From the NCBI GenBank assembly GCA_964187785.1, contig OZ076409.1, positions 44,456,001-44,520,000 of the forward strand: a DNA stretch of 64,000 nt. Reading direction: 5' to 3'. Made by a program: the position numbers and the translations under genes. The notes under the pieces are model-generated. The model did no database searches, was not told where the DNA came from, and was given only the letters and a program-made list of their open reading frames with translations. This document shows positions 25,501 to 38,402 of the stretch, piece by piece (the first letter of the stretch is position 1; each line of letters opens with the position of its first letter). Source of the DNA: Amphiscolops sp. MND2022. Its lineage: Eukaryota.

Positions 25501-28282
25501 TACCGGGTCACTTCAGGAGCGTTTTTTGTTTACTTACTGAATTCAGCAAAGCACATTTTTCACCAACGAAAGAAACGATTTCGCAAAATATATAGTAGTG
25601 TATCGGAAGTTTACGCACGCCTAGTAATTCATAGATTTTTCGAATTTTTATCTCTAAAAACACAATTTTGTACAAATCCATGGCCCGGTGTTTGTTTCTC
25701 AAGCATTTCACGACCCAGGCCTTCATCGTGGGTACCGTATTTTAATAACTTTGAGTTCAATGTGTTGTTACTTTGCATTTTCACATTCCTAAGTTTGATC
25801 ATGGTCTAATTTCTCTCATATTTTCTATTGATTTTGTCTAAGAAAACAATACAGATACGTCTTTTGTTTTACAAATGCCAAAACAGTCAGGCAACATTTT
25901 TCAAAATTGACTTTTTTCCTACAGACACTCGAAAACCTAGGAGTATCATTTGACAGTATATTTCATCAAATTTCTAGTCGTGTGCAATAATTTCCCAAGC
26001 AATCTAGGTTCGAAATATCTTCCAGTCGCTGTCATAATAAAACGAGGGCAGATACGCTGAATCTGACAGTTGTCTGACGGAGCCGATCAGCAGCGGAAAA
26101 TTCAATACAAACCTTCGGACGAATTGAATATCTGGTAACTTCAAAGATAAAAGTAAAATTAGGTGCCATTTTGATTGTATGTTTTTCATGGTTCCATGAC
26201 GTTTCATCCTATACACTTTCAACCTATGCAATTTCAACCGTTGCCATTTCAACCGCTCACAATTTCAACCTATTGCATTTCCTCAATTTCGACCTAAACT
26301 AATTTTGGCTATTTAGTCTTAATTCGGGTTAGCTATTATTTCAGTACAATAATTACTAATGAATCAACCAGCCTTAATTAATGGTAATTATTGATGAAGA
26401 AGCCAAAACGTATCAAAACTGGCGTAAAAATTAGCACATTTGAATTTAGAAATGTATTAAAGTTAAAACCACCAAAATAATTATGTAACTTATTAGGATC
26501 CATTAGCCAAAATTAGTTTAGGTCGAAATTGCGGCGGTTGAATGCAATAGGTTGAATTTGTGAGCGGCTGAAATGGCAACGGTTGAAATTGCATAGGATG
26601 AAATATCCTGAAGCCGTTTTTCATTGACTAAAATTGGGGTTCATGAAGAGCATCGCAAATGACCAATGAATTTCGAAGCACTCAATAACCATAATTTGGT
26701 TGTTTCAACCTGACTCATCTATTTAAAAGTTTTGTGACACTGACGTTCAAACATTGCGGCTCGTGTTTACTGCTTTGATCGAAAAGAAAATGCGAGTGAA
26801 CTTGCGGTAGCCTATGTAGTTAGTGATAGCTTGAACTTTCAGTAGCGATCAAATCACTGGAACGAGCATGCATTACTGACTAGTTTTGTTACAGACCGCA
26901 CAAGTGTATCTGAAACGTGAATTCTTGCACTTCTCGCAAAAAAAAAATCAAAATAGTTAAAGAATTTTTATTTTGCGGTAGAAGGAATAATGTAGAAACC
27001 GGACCGGCAAGTTTTTTTTCAGCTGAGTGTTCGCTCTCCGAGTACCTTCTGAAAAATATTCAGATATTTGGTTCGACAGAAATTTAGGTAATACTTATAT
27101 TTTCTTTAGTTCGAGAAGAATTAAAGGCCGTGTAAACTGGTAGTGATTAATGGTGCGCTATATAATGATAAACGGGAGTGTATAGTTATTCCAGATATGC
27201 TTCTATTATTGAACATGAAAGCCTAAAAGCAGAAATGATACTGTGCCCCGCAAGGTCCTATATATTTTACTGTCCACTTGAACGAGAAAGCTGTACGAAG
27301 CGAAAGAGCCCTTAAGTGTTTTTTGACAATGTGCATTCAAAAAATTAACACCAAAGGGCCCCGCTTTGGCTATTTTTGGCTGTAAAATTTTCATGAAAAC
27401 AGCTTTTCCAGGTGAACCAATGCTGTGTATTTCTGATTAATTATTAAGTTGTATCTTAAATTCTCAAAAAACATAACTTTTTGAGCCGGCAATTTTTGGC
27501 TAGTATTCATGATTCGGCAAGTTCATCGGTTTGGTTTCTTGAAAAAGCCCTAAAACTTTTTGCGGCACTGTGAGAAGGATAATTTTTTCTAAGAAGATTT
27601 CTTGACACTTTGAAGTACTTTTGCTTTTTGAGTCTTAAACTGGACGCCAAAGTATGCCGTTCCCGGCTTGTTTTTCCATGTATACCTCCCCACTTAGTTC
27701 GAGTGTCTTTGCTTTGGCGTCGTATTAACGCATACTTTATCGTGATTAGCCTTAAATCGTGGACATTTTCATCAGGTTTGAATTTTTGGTTGTTTAGATG
27801 CAGTGCTCGAACTGGTGGAACCATATTGTTTCCTAGATGGTAAGTTGTTCATGTTTTTGGTCAACTATCTCTCGCAATATGCATGAATTCTTACTTCCCA
27901 CTTGTGACATCTCCCATTCCAAATGTATTCACCAATACTTTTGAACTTTTAAATATCTCGCTTTAAAGTGATGATAATTTTTTTCATTTTTCAAAACATA
28001 AATTCGGAAGTTTGTCTACTCATTCTCAAACACTGCTGTATTGCACAGTTGTTTGCACACACTGATTTAACACGAAAATAATTCGTCATGAGGTACGGTT
28101 TAAACACCTGTTCACGGTACATATTGATTGATGTCTTATCGAATGTTTCAGGAGTTTTCTACGAGAACGATGCCGAAGAAGGAAATGACGAGGCTCTACC
28201 GGATGGTGTAGAAACAGTGTCAGAAAATAAAGAACCACCTGCGTCTAAAAATGTAGAGAGTATTGTTGATGTTGAACTGTGA
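22588..28282 (+). CDS. POLE4: DNA polymerase epsilon subunit 4-like histone-fold protein (POLE4/CHRAC1 family), 6 exons, ~252 aa
   Basis: Phase-consistent exons: 22588-22702, 22883-23037, 23105-23335, 23412-23496, 27798-27839, 28152-28282. Spliced core FPLAKIKKIMKSDPETHLISKEAILLTAKATELFVREFASFSFEALKDTKRKTVSKKEFDAVLELVEPYCFLDG. KxDP, KRKT and FLDG favour POLE4 over CHRAC1. Confidence 0.8.
23710..24104 (-). mobile_element. HINE/DINE-like element, family 1
   Basis: Both termini present: agtcggcgc sub-TIR next to the hairpin, and gcgccgattaaaa. Confidence 0.7.
24479..24810 (-). mobile_element. HINE/DINE-like element, family 1
   Basis: aacaagccggaaccggtccaagtcggcgcc ... gcgccgactaaaaa; no TSD. 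Confidence 0.75.
25170..25510 (-). repeat. SINE fragments with a CORE-like motif
   Basis: Minus strand has a B box GTTCGAATC (~25490) and TGTGACCTTGAGCAAGTCACTT (25354-25333), resembling the CORE/MIR motif. The body 25190-25305 recurs at 43135-43232. Confidence 0.5.
26190..26615. mobile_element. Foldback MITE (ttcaacc/ggttgaa arms), MULE-like
   Basis: Exact 9-bp TSD gtttttcat (26181-26189 / 26616-26624); GG...CC ends; ~120-bp imperfect TIRs. Confidence 0.9.
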
Positions 28283-30115
28283 CTTTTCCCCGTGAGGGTT
28301 TTCTGGCATTTTTGACTGTTTTGTTGTTTGTATTTTGTTTCTTGATTCAGTTTTGAAGATTTATATAAACTTTTTACAACGAAGGAAAATAGTTCGTTAC
28401 ATTTTCACCTACTAGGTATCTTTATTAGAAACTAGGAGAAAAACATGAAGTTTTAACTCGGGAGTTGTCATAAAAACTGGAAGTGTCGAAGTGTACATGC
28501 TTTATAGAGCTCTATACATATAGCAACAAAGTACATTAGGAGTTCATCGTTAGTGATGTGAACTTATTTTTTCTGCTTTAGCAGGAATATTATTGAAACC
28601 TCAAAATGTCTACTTTTTTCAGTACAATTCTTGGCACGATACTGAATAATTCAGATATTTTGTTCGGCAGTGACTATAAGCGTACGAATTAAATTTCTTA
28701 AGCTGCCGACAACAATTAGATTCTCGTGCGATGGAACGAGCGAGTGGTAATAATGCATTCGTACTCCGAATTCATCGAGATGAAGCTAGCGATTGTTCGT
28801 AATTATGCATTCGTACGCCGAGTTATTGAGATGAAGCGAACGAGTGTTAATTATTCGTTCGCTGAGAGCTTCACCTGCATTCAAATGCGATACTTCGTCT
28901 ACGCTTAGTAGTTATATTTGCTTTAGTCTGAGATTTAAAGGCTGTATAAACTGGTAGTGATTAATTGTGCGTTTAATAATGATTAAACAGGAGTGTATTG
29001 GTATTCCAGATATGATTCTATTATTAATGAAAGATTAAAGCAGAAATAATAATGTGCCCCGGAGGGGCCTAAGTTTGTGAATATTGTAGGACTTTGCTCG
29101 CCTGTTTCCACACAACCTGGAAAGTTTTCCAGACAACCAAGCGCGGTGCCATTTATTCAGCTGATTTGAAGTACTTATCCTCAGGGTAACTTGTGAGATG
29201 CATTTTATCAATAGAAATGAGATTTTTAAACTAGTATAATAGCTTGTTGCGATCTTTTTAATTACAGTTGAAGTAGCCGATGCAAAAAGTCATGACGTAC
29301 TTTTTTCATTCGAGTGAAAATTCTACTATTCACTCTAACAAACGTTTAGTTCAAAATAAGGATGCTTCGATTAGAGCCTGCTCAGTTTTCATTTTTTGTA
29401 CAGTTGTTCGGAGAGATTTGTCTGGAAATGAAAAATTTACAGACAGAAATTTGAAATAAGCGTTATTTCCAAACAATCGAAGAAACGATAGGTATTTTTT
29501 TGATATTGATCCGAAATTTTCTGTTGAAGTATAACTAAACTCCAGAGCTGCTTTCTCCTTTGGCTCAAATGAGTGATGTCATCTATGTATCTATTCATGC
29601 GATCCAATTTGCCATGAAAGTTTTTAATGAAGTTCAATTTGTTTGCTTTTTTGCATAAAGAGTAACCAATAGAGAACTTTGCATGCAATTGAATGCAATT
29701 TCCTAAAATGAAACTAATCGGGGCATCTTGAACTCTTTTAGAAGTATTCAATTTGTTATGCATTGCTTCTCAAATCTTATTGGTTTATGTTGCCTCGATC
29801 ACCACTAAACTTGAATATATCAAGATTTCTCGGCTATTCTTGGGTCCTTTTCGAAAATACGTTGAAAACTTCCTCTTCCCTGAATGACATTCTAATTTTT
29901 GTTTCCAGAATTACTACGAAATAGTAGAAAAGCAATTAATGAGAATTTCAAATTATATCTATGAAGACGGATTTCAGATTTAAGTTTCTGAAAACGGCCT
30001 CCATTATAGAGGAGGTACTATAGTACAATAGTTTGGTACTGGGGATAGTACCGGAAAAGGCACTGAGAAATGAGTTGCTGTTAGGCATCAACGCGGCGAA
30101 GTTGGGGATTTTACT

Positions 30116-30960
30116 TTTTTTAGGAGTCGGAAAAAATTTTCGACTACTTATGCAATCGTGCTGTTTTTTTTTCTCCCGACCTTTTCATGAAAATTTCAAA
30201 TTTCTCAAAAACTGTCCATACGATTTTCACGAAATTTTGCACAGTCATTCTACACCCAAAGGGGCCCCTGCGTGTGCAGAGGCATCAAAATCGTATGGCC
30301 TGGATGTGAGAAACATAGCCAAAATTAGCCCAAAAGTGGCCAAAAAACAGCCATTTTTCGACTTTTTTTGATTTTCTCAAAAACTGTCCATACGATTCAA
30401 ACGAAATTTTCTACAGTTATTCTACACCATATTAGAGTCCTATATGTGCAATGGCATCAAAATCGTATGGCTGGGATGTGAGAAACATAGCCAAAAATGG
30501 CCAAAAACAGCCATTTTTCGACTTTTTTCGATTTTCTCAAAAACTGTCCATACGATTCGAATGAAATTTTCTACAGTTATTCTACACCATATTAGAGTCC
30601 TATATGTGCAGTGGCATCGAAATCGTATGGCTGGGATGTGAGAAACATAGCCAAAATTAGCCCAAAAATGGCCAAAAAACAGTCATTTTTCGATTTTTTT
30701 CGATTTTCTCAAAAACTGTCCATACGATTCGAACGAAATTTTCTACAGTCATTCTACACCATATTATGGTCCTTTATGTGCAATTTCATTAAATTCGTAT
30801 GGCTGAGATGTGAGAAACATAGCCAAATTTAGCCCCAAAATGGCCAAAAAACAGTCATTTTTCGATTTTTTCACAAACTGTTCATACGATTCGAACGAAA
30901 GCGAGTCAGAAGGAAAAAGACTTAAGCCGACTCCTTTACCGCATATGCGGCTCTGGTTTT
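30116..30960 (+). mobile_element. HINE/DINE-like element, family 2, with an internal ~160-175-bp tandem array
   Basis: 5' tttttaggagtcgg..cgactact; 3' ccgactcct plus hairpin ccgcatatgcgg; about 4 tandem units. Inverted full copy at 41679-42456; fragments at ~34043 and 35205-35850. Confidence 0.8.
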
Positions 30961-31689
30961 CTAAGAAACAGGTAACAATTTTAATCATTAGAAATTGAAG
31001 TTTTTTGAAAATACTGCATAACGTTAGATTGCGTTAAATTGAATGTTTCTTTTCCAGATTTACATCGACCCGCTTCGTCGCCATCTCGTAGTAGCCAGAA
31101 AGCTCTTTCATTGAGATCGAGCGAGCGAATACGCAGAGAGCTTCACCTATATCAAAATGAGACTGCGAAACGTCATATAGGCTGAGTAACTATTTTTGTT
31201 CAGTTTATCGCTTGAGAAAAATTAAAGGCTGTGTAATCTGGTACAGTGAATAAGTGCGCTCTATGTAATGAAATTGAGTTGATTGTTATTGTAGCCGAAA
31301 GCCAGAAAATTACTGTGCCCCGCAAGGGCCAACTTATAGCACATTTGAATACAAGAAATTTGAGGTCAAAATTGACCATTTGGCACCGTGGTATTATTCG
31401 GCTATAAGAGTTCTAAACACTGCTTTTTTGCGTGATTTGGAAAGTTGATGTTTTGCCAACTTCGACCGCCTTAGATATTAACAGATTAACAGTAAGGTGC
31501 ATTTGATGAATGAATATTTGCATTCGTATCCGTTGCCCTGCTCGGGCTTAAAAATTACAGAGTTGGAATTTTACGGCGAACGTAGTTGGTAATTTGTCCA
31601 CAGAACTTGGATAAATATAATTTGGAGGTTCAATTCAAAGTTCAATAACTCATTTAGTTTAGAGATTTGGGTACTTATGAAACTCTTCG

Positions 31690-33380
31690 GTCAATTATTT
31701 TTCTAGCTCTGACTTTAGGCTCTCACAAACGAGAAATAAATGATACGTTTCAGTTATTCCTAAATTTTTTGTATTGTATGCGCATTCGCAGAAGCACATC
31801 GGAAACTACTCAATTCGTTTCGGTATGGTTGTCTCAAGTTGATAAGGTGCCTTTCTATGCCGTACTTGGATTGGTACAAAAAGTATGTTTTACAAACAGT
31901 GTTCTCTTTCCAGGACGTTCACCAAAATTGAATAGTAGCGTCGCTCATTTGTGCTTTCAAAAATTTCATGAGTGTGGTTCCAATATCTCTGCTGTATATT
32001 CAAATACTGCTGGTATATCACACGCTAATAAAATTTTCTTTTTTTTTTCGTCAAGCCTAATGCCAATGTTTCCAGTTGATTTAATGTAGTTATAGTTGGA
32101 GAAAATTGGAAAACTTTTTGGTGACGAAGTTAGTCTTTTCGTGAATCCAATCTTTCTATGCCAAACTACATATTGGATATCCGATTTTCCCAGTTGCCCA
32201 TATGCCGTCGGGCTATGCTTTCGTTTGCGAACCTGCAAAATTTTGAGAAAGTTTCAACGGAAAAATTCCGTGTCATCGAGATTTTCGTATCCCTAGACTT
32301 CGCATCCATAAATGAGTATATGTATAAACAACGAGTCGAACAAGTGCAGTTCAAATACCACAGATAGGTTACGGTCCGCTGTTTGACATGTAATTTTGAA
32401 AAGCTTTTGTAGCTTTGGCCTGATTGATCTTTATTGCCAGTTGGATTCACTGTTGAAATAGGTTTTCAGAACAAGGTGCATTCCAGCAGATTCGCTGGTT
32501 AAACGATGGGATTTGACACGTGATAGTTTCTACCATTTTGATAGTTCTTCTTACCAGGAATTATCGTTCATCTTTTAGGGCATTGCCCAACGCATTGTCT
32601 AATACGCCTAACAATTGAAGCCGGGAACGGCCCAAGTCGGCTCCATGTCTAAGGCTCAATAAGAGTCGAAAACCCCTTTTTCTACAACTGCAGACAACAA
32701 AAGCTGTCAAAAAATTAAAAATTGAGGAAAAAATTTTTCCGAATTTTTTTCGAAATTTTTTTGAAGTCTCCGGTAAGTCGCATAGTGCCGAAAAATGTAA
32801 AAGGGGGGACCCTTTGGGATTTTTTGAACATCCATTCTGTTGCAAAATATCAAAAAATTGATGGGGGACCCTTTGGAGCAATAAAAAAATTTCGGAAAAA
32901 AGAGAAATTTGAACAGTCTCACAGTGACGAAAAAGGGGAGTTTCATAGTGTCAAAAAAAGTGGAAAGGCGACCCTTCTGCTTTGGAATGGCTTTTGCGTT
33001 GAAAATGAAGTACTAAGCACATATGGTAAAAGTGCATATGGCACAAAGAGTGGACCGATCGCATTGAACTGACGAAAAAAAACTAGCCACTGTAAAAGTC
33101 GGTTTTTTCTTCGAAAACCTTCATATCTTGCTTCCATGATCTTATTCGACAGAAACATTACCTTGTTCCCTGTAAGTCGATAGCATGCTGATCATAAAGC
33201 TTTGTTGACTTGAAGGGGATTGTTTCCTGTGTCTTTTTCGAAGCTGAAGGCCCTGAAATGCTTCGTCAAAATTGGCGACTTCTGGTGATGCGTTCGTATA
33301 CGCTAAATAGGTGGACTCGGTTCGTTCTTCCGTCGCTTTCAATATTTTTGAAGTCATTCTGTCCTCTTTTCCTCTCAAAA
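31690..33380 (-). mobile_element. Decayed LINE (non-LTR) RT C-terminal fragment, split by a HINE at 32617-33115
   Basis: Broken frames give 'LFDSLFIHILIYGCEV*G', 'AYGQLGK' and 'RNELSSFRC', typical of LINE ORF2 C-terminal regions. Confidence 0.7.
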
Positions 33381-33451
33381 GGAATTTTTATAAAGATTTT
33401 TGCCTGTTTGAAAACGTTTGTTTTTACATATTGTTTTAAAACATGTTTTTA

Positions 33452-33979
33452 TTATTTCTGAGATAGAACAGACGTTACAGAAGTTTGTAATGATCGGGCA
33501 GTTTTCCGCAGTGAAGTGAGGCCCTTAAGTTCTCTGCTTACGCGATTGACAAATTGGTCGGTAACGACTGGTGCATCCCTGATCCGAATAATAACCTGCC
33601 TGTCAGTAATTGTCCCGTGGTCTCTGAGCTTTTCTCTTAGTCGGTACACTGTTCTGCGATCAACTTCTTTACCGAAGCGACGTCGAAACTCGTTCTCTGT
33701 AGGCTTAACGCTTCCAGTCTTGTAAAAACTTTCTAACAGAAAGACGTTTTCTGCATGAGAAAGCATTGTGCAAAGTGGTGTTTTATCACGGCGGTTTTTG
33801 AATCGGAAGTAAAATTCTTTCACATGTTGTGAAACGAGGTAACGTTAGTAATCGTTTCATGTTAACACAAACGCTCTTCTATTATCTTAGCTCGACACAT
33901 GCAAAAGTTCGTATTCCTAGCTCCACGTCAAGGGAAGTTATTGCAATTCAAAAGTGTGACAACTAAAAAAAACACTTTG
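33452..33979 (-). mobile_element. Tc1/mariner-superfamily transposon 5' end with an N-terminal HTH (DUF4817-like)
   Basis: TA|CAAAGTG terminus at 33981-33973. ORF 'MLSHAENVFLLESFYKTGS...EFRRRFG...RRTVYRLREKLRDHGTITD...TSLRKTARSL'; catalytic domain missing. Confidence 0.8.
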
Positions 33980-34120
33980 TAGAAACCTGAATTATGCAAC
34001 TTTTTTAGTCAACTTTTGTTAGCGATCCCAGTACCTACTGAATCAGAGCCGCATGTGCGGTAAAGGAGTCGGAAACGGATTAAAATATTCAAAAATTATG
34101 TACTATGACGTTTGGTGTGA

Positions 34121-35650
34121 TTTTTTAGTCGGCGCTTCATGGAGTGAAACGCGACTATTGTAGTGACTCTTTTTTAGTAGGCGCCTTTTCCCTCAAGGCA
34201 AAAAACCCGACTATTACAGTGGGTAGTTTTTTTTTGTTTTTCAGCTGACAATCTCACTCTGAATGGTCCACATTTTTTTACAATCTTTTGTTCATTTGTT
34301 CAACTGATTTTCTGAGAAGCAGGAGATCGCGGGTTCGATTCTTGCACTAAGCCAAAAAATTTTTTATGCTTCCAAAAGTAGAGGCGAGACCAAAGGTCTC
34401 CACTTTGGTTTTTTTCGGCACTATGCGACTTTTTTTCGAAAAATTTCGAATTCTGTCAAAGGGTACCCCTTGCATTTTTTGGAAGTTTTCGGTTTGTAGA
34501 AACGTTGAAAGAGCCTGAATGGCCTCTTTTGAGTTTTTCAGCATTGTACGACTTTTTTAAAAAAAATTTTGGTTTTTTTTCCGAAAATACTTTTTTTGAA
34601 AAAAAATTCCAATTGTTTCCAATAATTGTTCATTGAATATTTTTGAGCCTTAGATATGGCGCCGACTTGGGACGTTCCCGTCTTGTTTTTCTATCCACAC
34701 GAACTGACCAAAATAGTTCTTAAAAGTTCTACCAAATATTTTTGCACAAAATTGCACTATTTGGCCTAGCGAACTGAACCAAAAAGGTTTTTCCTGTTTT
34801 TCCGCGTAACATACCATACCAACGAGACCAAAGGGTCCCCCCTTTCGATTTTTTTCGGCACTGCCAGACTTTTCGGATTTTTCCCCAAAGGCCCCCCTTC
34901 AATTTCTTTGATTTTACAATAGATTGGGTGTTTAAAAATCCCAAAGGATCCCATCTTTGTTTTTCGGCATTGTGAGACTTTTTTCGAAATTTTTTTCTCC
35001 AAAGGGTCCCCCCTTCAACTGCGACAAAAACGTTGACAATTTCGGAAGTGTCCCCCTTTTAGCGCGCCAGAGGCTCGGGCTAGCGCGCCTCGGTCCATTT
35101 TTTTGGTTTTTCGATTTTCGAGTACTGTATATTGACTCTTGGAAGTCCTTTTGCTATTTTTGAGCCTTAGATATGGCGCCGACTTGGGCCGGTCCCGGCT
35201 TCTTTACTTTAGGCTGTGTTTCTCACATCCCAGTCATACGATGTTATGTCATTGCACATATAGGACTCTAATATGGTGTAGAATGACTGTAGAAAATTCC
35301 GTTCGAATCGTATGGACAGTTTATAAAATCAAAAAATTCCAAAAATGGGCATTTCTTGGTCATTTTTAGTCGGCGCATTTTCCTTTTAAGGAAAAATGTC
35401 CGACTATAGCAGTGACCTTTTTTCTTCAGACCACAGACCTCACACTGATCGGTGCACTTTTTACAGAAACTACTAAAACTACTAAAGCCAAGTCCGACCT
35501 GTGCAAAACTTAGTCCAAAGGGTTTTTAATTTTTCGGCACTGTGCGACATTTTCCGAAAGAAAAAATTTCGAAAATTCCAAATTTTCAAAAAAATGTTTT
35601 GCGTTTCTTGGGCCTTAGATATAGCGCCGACTTTAGACGTTCTCGTCTTG
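34121..35650 (+). mobile_element. Cluster of nested/tandem HINE-like family 1 elements
   Basis: 5' ends tttttagtcggcgc at ~34121 and ~35363; 3' ends gccttagatat(g/a)gcgccgactt at ~34650, ~35165 and ~35615. Confidence 0.7.
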
Positions 35651-37277
35651 GACTATTTTTGGCTATTTTTCTCAGATCCCAGTCATTCGAATTTGCTACC
35701 ATTGTGCACGCAGCACTTTTGGGTGTATAATGATTGTGCAAAATTTTATGGAAATCGAATGGACACGTATTGAGAAATTTTAAATTTTCACTGAAAGGTC
35801 GGTAGAAAAACGTCACGATTGCATAAGTCGCAAATTTTTTTCAGACTTCTAAAGATTCAGATATACTATTCGGCAGTAAGTATAAGCATGAGATTTGAAT
35901 TTCTCAAGCTGCCAACCACAATTCGTTTCTCGTGCGATGAAACGAGTGGTAATTATGCATTGGTACGCCGAATTCATTGAGTTGAAGCGAACTAGTGTTC
36001 GTAATGAAGCTTTCGTACGTCGCATTCATCGAGATGAAGCGAATGAGTGTGATTTATTCGTTCGCCGAGAGATTCGACTGCATTCAAATCGGAATGCGAA
36101 ACCGCGTATACGCTTAGTAGTTTTTTCTTTAGCCCGAGAAGTATTAAAGGCGGTGTACACATACAGTGAACAATTGTGGGCTATATAATGATTAAACAGG
36201 AGTGTATAGTTATTCCAGATTTGCTTCTAATCTTGAACACGAAGCCTAAAAACAGAAATAATACTATGCCCCCAGGGGCCTATATTAAAACTGACAACCC
36301 TGGTTATTTCTCAAATTAACTTACGAATTAACAACCCTGATATCGTGAAGTTCGAAACTACTTGTGGAATCGAAGTTTGTAGATAAAGATTCATTCAAGT
36401 ATCTCGCAAGTTCGCATTCTTTTGCATAAAAACGAAAGTTGAGTGAAAGAAAAAATGATCAGTTTTCAATTTTACTCATTATCAACTAAAAAGCAATTGA
36501 ATCATTCAAGTTGTAGTGTTTGTTCAAAATTATATTGATTTGGAGTGATACAAAAAAGACCCGTGAATCAATTTAATGAATCATCAGCCAGAGCAGACCG
36601 CCGGCTGTCAGAAGAAATCTGGAACACTGTTTTGTGAAAGAGGTTACACTGAGGAGGTTTTTCTTTGTTCTTGCCAAACCCCTGATTATTGTATTCAACT
36701 TTAATCAAAATTGGCTGCAACTCAATCAAGTCTCGTTTTGCAACGAAAGAAGCATGCTCGTTTTTGAGGGAGATTCGTCGACAAAATCATCTGAGTTTGT
36801 ACGCAGCTTGGAGCATCATGGCACCGCTTGAGTTCAAATCATTGGGAGTCAAAATGTACTGGAAATTACCTTGCCCATCCTGAAACAACATTGTTGACGA
36901 AAGCATTAAGGTTGCAATTTTTTTCAAAATTGAATATCTATTACATGAAATGTAATTTTATCCAATATGTTAGCACATCCTTGCAGGGCAAAGAAGTTGA
37001 TATTTTTATCATCTCTTGGACCGTTTTTGCGTTGTTGGGGTTTCATCATGTAACTTATTCGAACGTAATAACTAGACCATCAGCTCACCAGTTCAAAAAT
37101 CAATTTGAAAGCCCTGATTGCCGTCTTTCGAACGCGCTATAAATAGTTTGTGGGAGTCAAATAGGTTAGAAGATATTGGGGTTTGAAGTTTAAACACCAG
37201 AATTTTGGATGGTTTCGGAAATTTCCTCGTCCATTTAGGGTTAATAGGACACTGTGGTAAAATTTCTTGTCTCGCTA

Positions 37278-37826
37278 CCCTAGTTGAGACTGCAGGAACT
37301 TTTTACATGCTGCAGGCCTGCATGCAGGGTAATTGTTTATAAAACCTAGAAAATTCAGGGTCATTCAGGTGGTAAATCTTGTAGAATTACACTGCATTTT
37401 CCACAACTGCAATTAAATTTGAAAATAGATACAACATCATCACCGACACGACCTTATTCTATATACAATTTGCTTTCTCAACTACTCATCTGATGTGATC
37501 ACCGCGTCTCAAATAGGACGCTAAACATGACGGTATATTGCAGTTCATTAGGTGACTGAAGTAATTTTGCATTAAAATGGCTGTTAAACTGAGAGCAATT
37601 TATTTGCTTTTAAAATTAGAACTGCTTCTTATTGAAACCTGCAAAACTTCAAGGCGTAAAATTGCCGCCAAAACTTTGATGAATCTTTCAAGCAGCTTGA
37701 TAAAAGTCGAATACAACAGGTAAATATTTTCTCATTAAAGTTTCCGTAAGAGTTTTAGAAAATCATAATAAAAGTTGCTGGCAACATTAAAGTACATGCA
37801 AAAAGTTCAAGAAGTTTCAACAAGGG
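37278..37826. mobile_element. CCC...GGG MITE with 2-bp TSD (EnSpm/CMC-like), copy 1
   Basis: TA|ccctagttga...tcaacaaggg|TA, 549 bp; homologous to 45239-45789. Confidence 0.75.
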
Positions 37827-37972
37827 TACCCTTTGGTGTAGATGAAACACGGCAGGATTCTCATAAAATTGTTTTTGTTGGATGTTGAGATGCAGTTGCT
37901 TGTCGCCTGGTGTCCACGAAATATCTGGTATACTCACGTATTTTCATTTTAATGCCTTTGCTTGTCTGCCTA

Positions 37973-38402
37973 TTTTTAGTCGGCGCTTTTTCGTGTTCAT
38001 TTTTTTCGATACACCTTAAGTGGCCAAAATAGTTCTACCAAAAGTTCTACAAAATTTTAAATTGCCACTATTGGCCCAGGGAACTGAACAAAAAAGGTTT
38101 CCCGCGTAACATACAATACCGGACGAGACCAAAGGGTTCCCTTTCAGTTTTTTCGGCATTGCGAGACTTTTTTTAGGAAATTTTTTTTCTTCAAAGGGTC
38201 CCCCCTTCAATTTATTGGAGTTTTGCGACAGAATGGATGTTGAAAAATCCCAAATGGTCCCCCTTTCAATTTTTTCGGCATTGTGAGACCTTTTTCAAAA
38301 AAGTTTCGGATGCTGTAGAAGAGAATACTTTGCCACTTTGAAGTCCTTTGGCTATTTTTGAGCCTTAGATATGGCGCCGACTCGGGCCGGTCCAGGCTTG
38401 TT
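37973..38402 (+). mobile_element. HINE/DINE-like element, family 1 (complete)
   Basis: tttttagtcggcgc ... gcgccgactcgggccggtccaggcttgtt. Confidence 0.75.

Noticed and set aside
26895..26920. Candidate POLE4 exon 5 after ttacag
   Set aside because: Hits a stop after 8 codons; 27798-27839 gives the conserved DAVLELVEPYCFLDG with correct phases.
29437..29763. 108-aa minus-strand ORF
   Set aside because: No recognisable motif or supported splice chain.
30033..30998. ORFs in tandem-repeat and HINE elements (also 41935-42423, 32700-33070, 34700-35800)
   Set aside because: Translations of non-coding repeats with no domain signatures.
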